Virus record (IMG/VR): IMGVR_UViG_3300017991_000041
DNA: 34,578 nt
Source: a virus
Reading direction: 5' to 3' (one strand)
A program made the translations under genes and the position numbers. Each line of letters opens with the position of its first letter. Positions within the stretch are counted from its first letter, which is position 1. A model generated the notes under the pieces. The model made no database searches, was not told the origin of the DNA, and was given only the letters and a program-made list of their open reading frames with translations. This document shows positions 14,563 to 22,258 of this stretch, one piece after another.

Positions 14563-14626
14563 ACGAAGAAGCAACAAGGAAGATTTACCAGATGGGCGCT
14601 GTCAGCGGGATGATGTCGACTTCTGA
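14312..14626 (+). CDS. Alternative-frame ORF whose middle part looks like genuine coiled-coil coding sequence.
   Basis: 'LKESLTRDKALIEYHLEMLEIHERKLLIQKMEAEAWNKLYVHL'. There is no convincing start/SD; TTG at 14393 is the nearest candidate. Confidence 0.35.
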   Translation: MANRRCILTMRQEKECGFPSTESDISRLKESLTRDKALIEYHLEMLEIHERKLLIQKMEAEAWNKLYVHLRPNKHRTEMDYHAERRSNKEDLPDGRCQRDDVDF

Positions 14627-14777
14627 GTCGATGCTGGCCGTTATCGACAAGGCTCTTGAGGACGGAATAGAGACATCGAAAGTAATAGAAATTCTGCGCA
14701 CTTTAGGCCAACACAGTGTCGAGCAGAGCAGAACACAATGGACCAAGATGCTGGAGGAGTTAGCCGATGAGCGTTGA
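14556..14777 (+). CDS. Hypothetical protein (73 aa).
   Basis: SD 'acGGAGatggactatcATG'. Helical-looking sequence. Confidence 0.6.
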   Translation: MLNEEATRKIYQMGAVSGMMSTSESMLAVIDKALEDGIETSKVIEILRTLGQHSVEQSRTQWTKMLEELADER

Positions 14778-15099
14778 GTGTATACAATTTAGAAGTCATG
14801 AGAGCGGAGCTTTGAAGGGCTTCGCTAACTTCCGAGTGCCCAAGATGGGCATTGAGTTGTTTGGATGCAGCTATTTCATGAAAGATGGCAGACGGTGGCT
14901 TAGTCTGCCAAGTAGGGAGTATGTGGACCCGGAGTCTGGTGAGAAAAAGTATATTTCCATCATGCGATTCATTGAAAAGGAGCACCTTGACGCGTTTTGT
15001 AAAGCCGCTTTACATGCCATTGATGAGTGGTGTAAAGCCAATGCGGAGCCGCAACAGGAACAGCCGATGCACCAGGAGCATGAAGAGCTGCCGTTTTGA
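14767..15099 (+). CDS. SpoVG-like fold protein (tentative).
   Basis: 'GALKGFANFRVPKMGIELFGCSYFMKDGRRWLSLPSREYVDPESGEKKYISIMRFIEKEHLDAFCKAALHAI' parallels the SpoVG pattern as I recall it: a template strand, 'G.FV.MPS', then a helix. Confidence 0.4.
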   Translation: MSVECIQFRSHESGALKGFANFRVPKMGIELFGCSYFMKDGRRWLSLPSREYVDPESGEKKYISIMRFIEKEHLDAFCKAALHAIDEWCKANAEPQQEQPMHQEHEELPF

Positions 15100-15130
15100 T
15101 GCATTTATTGAATCACTTAAAAATTGGCGA

Positions 15131-15164
15131 GCACCAAAATCAACCACGCCAAGCACAGGAATAC
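15131..15164 (+). promoter_or_regulatory. Copy 3 of the bipartite motif (GCACCA-N17-CACAGGAATAC), immediately upstream of the ParB-like gene.
   Basis: The 11-mer is identical to those at 10370 and 18726. It lies in the 66-bp gap after 15099. Confidence 0.45.
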
Positions 15165-15165
15165 A

Positions 15166-15681
15166 ATGATTACGTGGAAAATAGAGACAAAGCAGATAGA
15201 TGAGCTCATCCCGTACAGCAAAAACCCAAGGAATTTGAGTGAAGTCCAGCGACGACATCTTTCAGACTCGATTGACAAGTTCGGCTTCATCGATAAGCCC
15301 GTGGTCAATAGCGACGGAACCATTATCGGAGGCCACCAGAGGGTCGAGGTCCTTCGAGCCAAGGGAGCTCAAGAGATTGAGTGTTGGATTCCTGACCGTC
15401 AGCTCGAGGAGAAGGAGGTCGAGGAGCTTAACATTCGCCATAATCGCAATAATGGCGAGTGGGATTTTGACCTTCTGGCTAACTCTTTTGAGGTAGGAGA
15501 CCTTCTAACCTGGGGTTTTTCGGAGGAGGATTTGGGCCTTGGTAAAGCGGAAAAGCCCAAGAAGGAGCCGAAACCGCAGGTAAGCATCGAATTTACGGAC
15601 CGTGATACCATGATGGAGTATCTGCCCACACTAGAGAAGATAAGTTCTGATTCTCTGGCGAAGATGAAGGTAAGAGGATGA
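15166..15681 (+). CDS. ParB/Srx-like N-terminal-domain nuclease (stand-alone).
   Basis: 'LIPYSKNPRNLSEVQRRHLSDSIDKFGFIDKPVVNSDGTIIGGHQRVEVLRAKG'. I prefer ATG 15166 over the TTG at 15124. Confidence 0.8.
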   Translation: MITWKIETKQIDELIPYSKNPRNLSEVQRRHLSDSIDKFGFIDKPVVNSDGTIIGGHQRVEVLRAKGAQEIECWIPDRQLEEKEVEELNIRHNRNNGEWDFDLLANSFEVGDLLTWGFSEEDLGLGKAEKPKKEPKPQVSIEFTDRDTMMEYLPTLEKISSDSLAKMKVRG

Positions 15682-16112
15682 CCGAGCCAAGCGATGTAAA
15701 CCCGGGCGAGCGCAAGACTCGAGGAAAGCGCAAGCAAAAGCGCAAGACCGAGTTCATGACCGATGAGTGGATTGAGTCTAAGCGTGAAGACGTAGTGGGT
15801 ATGGCTCGCCTAGGGATGACTGACGAGGAGCTCGCCGACATCCTTCGAATTGCCGAATCAGCCCTTCAAAAACACTTTCGCTTAGAGCTCGACACCGGCC
15901 GTGCTGAGATACGCATGGCCCTTAGAAAAGCCCAGCTAGAGAAAGCGCTGCAGGAAAAATGCACCAAAATGCTCATCTGGCTAGGCAAAATGTACCTAGG
16001 GCAGCGTGAACCCAAGAATGAGGTTGACGTGTTCCATAATATGAAAATAGAGCCGACCTACTATGGTGAAATGGCAGCCGAAGAAGCCAAAAAACGTCAT
16101 AAAGATTCCTGA
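15678..16112 (+). CDS. terS: Terminase small subunit.
   Basis: Basic N-terminus 'KTRGKRKQKRK', HTH 'GMTDEELADILRIAESALQKHF' and 'LIWLGKMYLGQRE'. Sits directly upstream of TerL and overlaps it. Confidence 0.75.
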   Translation: MTEPSDVNPGERKTRGKRKQKRKTEFMTDEWIESKREDVVGMARLGMTDEELADILRIAESALQKHFRLELDTGRAEIRMALRKAQLEKALQEKCTKMLIWLGKMYLGQREPKNEVDVFHNMKIEPTYYGEMAAEEAKKRHKDS

Positions 16113-18639
16113 TTTTGAGCCTCGGGCGTATCAGCTAGATTTCCTCAAAGCAATGGACGAAGGTTACAAGCGAGCGGTCCTCATCTGGCATCGCCGGGCC
16201 GGCAAGGAGGTCACGTGCTGGAATTACTTAATCCGCGAAGCGTGTTGTGGGCGGACGGGGACGTACGTCTATTTCTTTCCTACGAGTCGATTGGGACGAC
16301 GTATTTTGTGGGACGGCTCCAACAAGGACGGGAGACGTTTTATCGATTACATCCCCAGCCAGTTAATCGATGGACAGCCCAATTCGGTGGAGATGAGGGT
16401 GACGCTGAAGAATGGCTCTGTAATCCAGATTATGGGTACGGACCAGATTATTAACGTCGGTATCAACCCCATAGGCTGCGTTTTTTCTGAATACAGCCTA
16501 CAGGACCCCAAGACGTGGAACTTTGTGCGTCCAATCCTTCGGGAGAACGAGGGATGGGCGGTGTTTAACTTTTGTGTCAAACGCGGAACGTTGGTACTGA
16601 CAGAACAGGGATTACGACCGATAGAGTCCATAACAGAACCTACCGGGTCATTTACTGAAATAGACAAAAACATTTATGGGTTGGGAGGTTTTCATAAGGC
16701 GGAACAGTTTTACTCCGGAGGAAAAAAACACCTAATAAAACTGAAGACCGCAAAAGGTTATGAAATAGAGTGTACGCCCAACCATCCTTTGTGGGACGGA
16801 CAGGAATGGAAGGAGGCAGCCACATGGAAGACCGGTGACCATCTCCCTATTCAGCTAAATCAACAAATATTTAGTAAGAATGATTTCGACTTTTCTAAAT
16901 GGAAGCCCCCCATTCCAAAAAGTAAACAGGGAGGGTGGAAAAGCCTACCGAAAGAGTGGCTGCCTTTAGAGATTATGTATCTTATGGGGTTGTATCTGGC
17001 GGAAGGTTCAATGGCGTCGCCAAAGAAAGCAAGAGGCGCTCAGATTACGATAACCAACACCGACCCACAAATAGTCGAGTATTTACAGTCTATGGGCTTC
17101 AAAACCCAAAAGGATGGAATACACCATATCTACAGTGGGGGGGAGGTGCAAAACCTGTTTGAGTGGTTTGGTCTATCTGGAACCGCAAAACAAAAAAGGC
17201 TGCCCTTAAAATTGTTTGAGTGCTCAAAACCTCAAATAGTAGAATTTTTAAAAGGATATTTCGATGGAGATGGCTGTGCAAGCTCTAAAACCAGTGGGCA
17301 AGTAAAGGCAACTAGTTCGTCTAAGGAGCTTCTTAAATCGCTTCAGGTGTTGCTGCTCATATTCGGAATTGTCAGTCGTTTATCCTCCAGAACAACTCCG
17401 CCGACCAAAAGAGTTACGGTGCCCTGTGAAATATCAAACTTGGAAATAGAGGGATATTTCGCGTGGAAGTTTTTCGAGGAAATTGGATTTCGGTTAAGCC
17501 GAAAACAGCGGAAAAAGGAAGGTTTGTCGGAAAAAATTAAACAGGGAAGAGGAGACCTGGTTCCCACCGATGCAAAACAAATTGGATGGTACCCGCGGGC
17601 TATATTAGCCAACCCATCCTCAATTAGTTATCGGATGTTGCGGCGTCTCAATGACATGCGACCAAACCTCTATATACAAAATCTTTTATCAGATGCCTTT
17701 TATTGGGACAAAATCGTAGATATTGAGCAGAGCGAGGGAGAGGTTTACGATTTTGTTATACCAGAGACCCATTCGTTCTTTTCGAACGGAATTATATCCC
17801 ACAACACACCACGCGGCCGCAACCATGCGTACGACATGTTCCTGATGGCGGAGGATAATCCGGACTGGTTTTGTCAAAGATTAACCATCGATGACACCGG
17901 TGTCCTAACCGAAAAAGACATGGAAATCGAGCGGATGGAGGGTATGAGCGAGCACCTCATCCAGCAGGAATATTTCTGCAACTTTGACCAAGGACAGGAG
18001 GGGAGCTACTATGCGAAATACCTTAACAAGGCTGAGATGCAGGGGCGGATTACGAGCGTTCCTTATGACCCTTACTGCCCAGTCGATACTTATTGGGATA
18101 TTGGCGTATCAGATTCGACAGCTATCATTTTTGCTCAGACCGTAGGCCAGGAAATCCACATTATCGACCATTACGAGGCACAAGGTGAGGGCCTCAACCA
18201 TTACGCCAGGATTCTTCGAAAAAAAGAGGAAAACAACACCTGGCAATACGGCACGCACTATGCGCCGCATGACATCAAGGTTCGCGAGCTGGGGCATGGG
18301 GCAAAAACCCGCATCGACATGGCACGCGAACTAGGCATCAACTTCGAGGTAGTGCCAAATCTCCCTATTCAGGAAGGAATAGAGCTTGCGCGGGGCATCT
18401 TCCATAGGCTATGGATAGACTCGAAACAGTGCAAATACCTTATCAAGTGCATCGAGAACTACCACAAGCACTTCAACGAAAGGCTTAATGTGTACAGCGA
18501 CAAACCTGTCCATGATTGGAGCTCTCATTCGTGTGACGCCTTCCGTTATCTAGCCGTTGCTTACCATCGTGCCAAGAGGGACCGCATGACGGAGGAGGAT
18601 GCCGAACTTCTTCAGGCTCAATATGCACATAGGTACTAG
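16063..18639 (+). CDS. terL: Terminase large subunit precursor (858 aa), interrupted by a 411-aa intein.
   Basis: 'FEPRAYQLDFL', Walker A-like 'WHRRAGKEVT', 'GCVFSEYS', then after the intein 'TPRGRNHAY'. Nuclease-half motifs 'WDIGVSDSTAIIF' and 'HDWSSHSCDAFRY'. Confidence 0.9.
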   Translation: MVKWQPKKPKNVIKIPDFEPRAYQLDFLKAMDEGYKRAVLIWHRRAGKEVTCWNYLIREACCGRTGTYVYFFPTSRLGRRILWDGSNKDGRRFIDYIPSQLIDGQPNSVEMRVTLKNGSVIQIMGTDQIINVGINPIGCVFSEYSLQDPKTWNFVRPILRENEGWAVFNFCVKRGTLVLTEQGLRPIESITEPTGSFTEIDKNIYGLGGFHKAEQFYSGGKKHLIKLKTAKGYEIECTPNHPLWDGQEWKEAATWKTGDHLPIQLNQQIFSKNDFDFSKWKPPIPKSKQGGWKSLPKEWLPLEIMYLMGLYLAEGSMASPKKARGAQITITNTDPQIVEYLQSMGFKTQKDGIHHIYSGGEVQNLFEWFGLSGTAKQKRLPLKLFECSKPQIVEFLKGYFDGDGCASSKTSGQVKATSSSKELLKSLQVLLLIFGIVSRLSSRTTPPTKRVTVPCEISNLEIEGYFAWKFFEEIGFRLSRKQRKKEGLSEKIKQGRGDLVPTDAKQIGWYPRAILANPSSISYRMLRRLNDMRPNLYIQNLLSDAFYWDKIVDIEQSEGEVYDFVIPETHSFFSNGIISHNTPRGRNHAYDMFLMAEDNPDWFCQRLTIDDTGVLTEKDMEIERMEGMSEHLIQQEYFCNFDQGQEGSYYAKYLNKAEMQGRITSVPYDPYCPVDTYWDIGVSDSTAIIFAQTVGQEIHIIDHYEAQGEGLNHYARILRKKEENNTWQYGTHYAPHDIKVRELGHGAKTRIDMARELGINFEVVPNLPIQEGIELARGIFHRLWIDSKQCKYLIKCIENYHKHFNERLNVYSDKPVHDWSSHSCDAFRYLAVAYHRAKRDRMTEEDAELLQAQYAHRY
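16573..17805 (+). mobile_element. Class-1 intein with a LAGLIDADG homing-endonuclease domain, within TerL.
   Basis: 'FNF|CVKRGTLVLTEQG', block B 'TPNHPLW', 'LMGLYLAEGSM', 'LKGYFDGDGCA' and 'VYDFVIPETHSFFSNGIISHN|T'. Confidence 0.9.
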
Positions 18640-18693
18640 TAAAGAATACAGACATACGGTACATTTTAAAACTAAAGATAGTGTAAGAATTAC

Positions 18694-18737
18694 GTAGCCG
18701 CACCACCCCTTTTTTTGGGAGGCTACACAGGAATACC
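18694..18737 (+). promoter_or_regulatory. Copy 2 of the bipartite motif: hairpin GTAGCC..GGCTAC with CCGCACCACC in its loop, then CACAGGAATACC and an ATG-TAA start-stop.
   Basis: Exact 10-mer and 12-mer shared with 10338-10381. Lies in the TerL-portal spacer. Confidence 0.5.
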
Positions 18738-18763
18738 GGATGTAAAGCCGGACAAACAGAAAT

Positions 18764-18847
18764 GCGACTTAGGTCGCGACGCAGGGAGTAATTAACCCGT
18801 TCCGGACCAGCATCCGGGCGTCGCATCCTATCCTTGCTGGGGGATAG
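18764..18847 (+). other. Cluster of nested and adjacent hairpins; candidate structured RNA or DNA element.
   Basis: GCGAC-ttag-GTCGC. GACGC[GGG..CCC][CCGGA-ccagca-TCCGG]GCGTC at 18778-18822. CTATCC-N8-GGATAG at 18828-18847. Confidence 0.3.
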
Positions 18848-18866
18848 CAAATGGATTAGGTGTGCG

Positions 18867-20927
18867 ATGGCTCGTGATATAGGTATTATCCAGCAGTTCG
18901 ACACGGCTTATAACGAAGCCTACCGAGCTTGGGATAGCTTCTTCCCAGAAGCAGAAAGGGATATGAAGTTTTATTTGGGAGCGCAGTGGGACGAGTCTGA
19001 GAAGCGCGCCCTCCATGACGAGGGACGAAATACCTTCGTCTTCAACCGTATTCGCCCTGTCATTAACATGATTACGGGCTATCAGCGACAGCACCGCCTC
19101 TCTTCTATTGTTACACCAATCGAAGACTCTGACCAAGCCACAGCCGACCAACTTTCTCAGCTGCTTCTTTATGTCATGCAGTCCTCAGATGGCTATCGCA
19201 TGGTGTCTGACTGCTTTGGCGGCGCTGTCAAGACCGGCTGGAATCTTGCCTCAGTATGGATGGACTATCGTGATGACCCTGTTAACGGTGACATACGCTT
19301 TGCACGCGAGCCCTGGAACGGTTTTATCCTTGACCCTTACTTTACGCGACTTGACCTTTCGGATTGCTCATACGTTCTAAGGCGTAAATATCTCAGCGTG
19401 CAGCAGGTAGCCTCCCTCCTTCCTGGTCAGGAGGAAGAGGTCTATGAGATGCATAAAATTGGTTGGGAAAGGGACGACAAGTTTACGTGGTTACCCTATC
19501 AGCGTCAGCCTTCGGGTATGGACCTGATGGCCTACAACGAGTATTACGAGCAAAAGTGGACCACACAGAATATCCTCATCGACCAGGAGACCGGCCAGTA
19601 CATCGACTGGGAAGGCGACCGGGAGCAGTTCAAGCGGCTCAAAGAAATCAATGACGCGTTCGAGCTGTCTACCAGGCAGCGCAAGTATATTGAGATGCAC
19701 ATCATCGTCAACGACCAGGTGATGCGCACGGTTGAGAACCCCTACGGTTTAGACGAATACCCCTTTGTCCCCTTCGTAAGCATTTTCGAGCCGGAATCCG
19801 ACCAGTGGTCGCTGAAATGCCAGTCTCTCATCCGTTGCATGATTGACCCGCAGCGCGAGGCCAACCGCCGTCGAAGTCAGATGATTGACCTCCTTGACAG
19901 CCAAATCAATTCGGGCTGGATTGCTACCGAGGGTTCTGTTGTAAACCCACGAAGCTTATTTCAGGCATCACAGGGCAAGGTCGTGTGGCGCGAGAAGGAC
20001 GCTCTACCCGGTGCAATCGAAAAAATTCAGCCCGCTCAGATTCCCCCTTCAATGTTCCAGCTTCAGCAGCAGTTCGACGCGGACATCAAGGAAATTGCCG
20101 GCATTAATGACGCCGCCTTCGGCATGCCGGAAAGTGGTAATGAATCAGGAATCATGATGCTTCTCCGTCAAGGAGCGGCCATCACCAACCTTCAGGATGT
20201 CTTCGACAACCTTCGCTTCTCTCAGAAGGCACTTTCGATGAAGATTCTCAAGCTCATTCAGACCTGGACCCCCGAGAAGGTCAAGCGAATTATCAATGAC
20301 GAGCCGACACCTGAATTTTATGAGAAGAAATTTACTAAATATGACTGCGTGGTTCAGGAAGGCGTCCTAACCGACACCCAGCGTCAAATTTACTTCCGCC
20401 AGCTGGTTGACCTTACCCAGCTAGGTGCTCCCATTCCTCCCGACGCACTGCTTAAGGCTGCTCCTCTACAGGGTAAAGCCGAGCTTATGGAACAGGTGCA
20501 AGAAGCGCAGCAAGCTCAAGCACAACAGGCGCAGCAACAGCAGCAAGTGCAAAACGAGCTCATCAATGCACAGATGCAGCTTGCTCAGTCGAGCTCGCTC
20601 GAGAAGGTTGCCGGCGCCAAAGAACGGTTCACCCGCTCGGTCGCCAATATGGGCCTGGAGGACGAGCGCGCAAGTTCAGCCGTGAAGGACAGAAGTCAAG
20701 CCGTCTACGACCAAATCCGGGCGATGAAAGAACTCGACGCCATGGAGTTGCAAAACGTTAAGGAAGCCTTACTCATCACCGAGATGATGCGCGAGCAAAA
20801 TCAGGTCGAGGAAGAGCAGATTAAACAAGACGACGTGATGCTTTCTGCCTCGGTTGCGGAGAGTCCGCCTCCTGGGGCTGTAATCCAACAAACCTCGGAG
20901 GTTTTCGATGAAGAAACAAGGATATAA
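18867..20927 (+). CDS. Portal protein.
   Basis: A ~690-aa ORF directly after the terminase and before scaffold and capsid. C-terminal Gln-rich coiled tail 'QQAQAQQAQQQQQVQNELINAQMQLAQ'. I prefer ATG 18867 over the TTG at 18834. Confidence 0.8.
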   Translation: MARDIGIIQQFDTAYNEAYRAWDSFFPEAERDMKFYLGAQWDESEKRALHDEGRNTFVFNRIRPVINMITGYQRQHRLSSIVTPIEDSDQATADQLSQLLLYVMQSSDGYRMVSDCFGGAVKTGWNLASVWMDYRDDPVNGDIRFAREPWNGFILDPYFTRLDLSDCSYVLRRKYLSVQQVASLLPGQEEEVYEMHKIGWERDDKFTWLPYQRQPSGMDLMAYNEYYEQKWTTQNILIDQETGQYIDWEGDREQFKRLKEINDAFELSTRQRKYIEMHIIVNDQVMRTVENPYGLDEYPFVPFVSIFEPESDQWSLKCQSLIRCMIDPQREANRRRSQMIDLLDSQINSGWIATEGSVVNPRSLFQASQGKVVWREKDALPGAIEKIQPAQIPPSMFQLQQQFDADIKEIAGINDAAFGMPESGNESGIMMLLRQGAAITNLQDVFDNLRFSQKALSMKILKLIQTWTPEKVKRIINDEPTPEFYEKKFTKYDCVVQEGVLTDTQRQIYFRQLVDLTQLGAPIPPDALLKAAPLQGKAELMEQVQEAQQAQAQQAQQQQQVQNELINAQMQLAQSSSLEKVAGAKERFTRSVANMGLEDERASSAVKDRSQAVYDQIRAMKELDAMELQNVKEALLITEMMREQNQVEEEQIKQDDVMLSASVAESPPPGAVIQQTSEVFDEETRI

Positions 20928-21135
20928 CGACAGGATGGACGAAAGTCTTGGCATGCGTGACGGCAAAGAAGCCGGAAAGATGCAAAGCATGAAAGACCGT
21001 CGTCACGAGTCGAAAGGAATGATGGGCCATGACCGCAAGCCTGAAGCAGTGAAGGCTATGCCCATGAACATGTACGACAAGAAGCCATGCCCTAACCGTG
21101 GCTACGACGACAAAGCGTACGCATACAAGTACTAA
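20908..21135 (+). CDS. Small conserved-looking basic protein (75 aa).
   Basis: SD 'cGGAGGttttcgATG'. 'YNDRMDESLGMRDGKEAGKMQSMKDRRHESKGM' is a motif I recall from small podophage proteins (unverified). Confidence 0.6.
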   Translation: MKKQGYNDRMDESLGMRDGKEAGKMQSMKDRRHESKGMMGHDRKPEAVKAMPMNMYDKKPCPNRGYDDKAYAYKY

Positions 21136-21171
21136 CTACCAAATCGGTAAGAACTGGTAGGAGATTGATAA

Positions 21172-21540
21172 ATGGTTCAAGAGTTAGGTGAAACAGTCCA
21201 AGAGATGATGAATACGGACCAGCAGGCTGTCGAAGACATCCTCAACAGACGTCCGAATGGTCACTACTGGATTGTGATACACCACAAGCCAAGCAAGATG
21301 CGCATGAAGACAGGTGAGCAGGTGCTCATGCGTCTGGTCAAAGATTACGACGAACGACCTAAGCCCCTATTGGGGACCGTAGTTTTAGAGGTCAGGGACG
21401 GAGAAATCACCGACCATCAAATTAACCTGCACGATGCACCAATTGACTGGGAGAAGGTCGCACCACATGCCGGGCTTACGGAAAACCCGTACGTCCAGCA
21501 GAGACCGGAACTCAAGGGTTCGTACATCTTTAATAATTAA
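21172..21540 (+). CDS. Hypothetical protein (122 aa).
   Basis: SD 'gtAGGAGattgataaATG'. Globular-looking. Confidence 0.65.
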   Translation: MVQELGETVQEMMNTDQQAVEDILNRRPNGHYWIVIHHKPSKMRMKTGEQVLMRLVKDYDERPKPLLGTVVLEVRDGEITDHQINLHDAPIDWEKVAPHAGLTENPYVQQRPELKGSYIFNN

Positions 21541-21573
21541 AGCGCCGCCGGCTTACGGGCGAGAAGGGAACAC

Positions 21574-22239
21574 ATGGAAGACCAAGTGCAGAACACGGGC
21601 GAAACTAGCGGGGACGCCGCCGGTCCCGCAACAGCTGAAGCTCAACAGCCTCAAGCGGAAGCTCAGGCCCCAGAAATGGTGCCTGTCACGGCTTTACAAG
21701 CTGAGAGGAAGGAACGTCAGCAGTTGCAAGAGCAAATGAAGATGCTTCAAGACCATGTGGCTCTGATGCAGGCAAACAAGCCAGCTGCTGAGCAGCAGGA
21801 TGAATATGCAGGCATGAGTGACGACGACGTGCTGACTGTGGGGGAGGCCAAGAAGTTTATTGGCCAGCTCCAGAATCAGTATCAGACGGGACTAGATGAG
21901 CTCAAGGTCCAACAGAAGTATCGCGATTACGACCAGGTGGTGAAAGAGTACCTCCCGGAAGTAATCAAGGTAAATCCAGCACTAAGGCAAACGCTTCAAA
22001 ACGACCCTAATCGGTACGAGTTGGCGTATTTCTTGGCTAAGAATAGTGATGCTTACAGAGAGAAGAATCACAAGGCGAAAAAGTCTGCCGATGCGGAACG
22101 CATAGTTCAAAACGGGCAACAGCCCGGAAGCCTATCGGCTATGGGCAGCAACGCGCCAACACAGACGCCAAGCGCATACAACAACATGTCTGATGCGGAG
22201 TTTATGAAGCTTGCCAACCAAAACCGGGGCTACTTTTAG
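21574..22239 (+). CDS. Scaffolding protein (positional and compositional call).
   Basis: Lies between portal and capsid genes. Q/E/A-rich helical sequence 'QAERKERQQLQEQMKMLQDHVALMQ'. Confidence 0.6.
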   Translation: MEDQVQNTGETSGDAAGPATAEAQQPQAEAQAPEMVPVTALQAERKERQQLQEQMKMLQDHVALMQANKPAAEQQDEYAGMSDDDVLTVGEAKKFIGQLQNQYQTGLDELKVQQKYRDYDQVVKEYLPEVIKVNPALRQTLQNDPNRYELAYFLAKNSDAYREKNHKAKKSADAERIVQNGQQPGSLSAMGSNAPTQTPSAYNNMSDAEFMKLANQNRGYF

Positions 22240-22258
22240 CCCTAAATAGGAGAGCAAA

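Noticed and set aside
15373-15380. Extra copy of the operator half-site AGATTGAG inside the ParB-like gene.
   Set aside because: A single 8-mer match is expected by chance in about 69 kb of two-strand sequence, and there is no partner half-site.
18690-18830. Possible tRNA in the structured spacer.
   Set aside because: No cloverleaf can be drawn. There is no GTTCRANNC T-loop, the CCGGA/TCCGG hairpin has a 6-nt loop, and no 7-bp acceptor stem pairs the ends.
18485-18904. 139-aa minus-strand ORF spanning the TerL-portal spacer.
   Set aside because: It overlaps the well-supported 3' end of terL and the portal start. It has Cys/Arg/His-rich junk-like composition and no RBS.
20500-20565. CAG/CAA-rich low-complexity stretch (poly-Gln) as a separate repeat element.
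   Set aside because: It is in frame within the portal C-terminal helical tail, so it is a compositional feature of the protein and not an independent DNA element.
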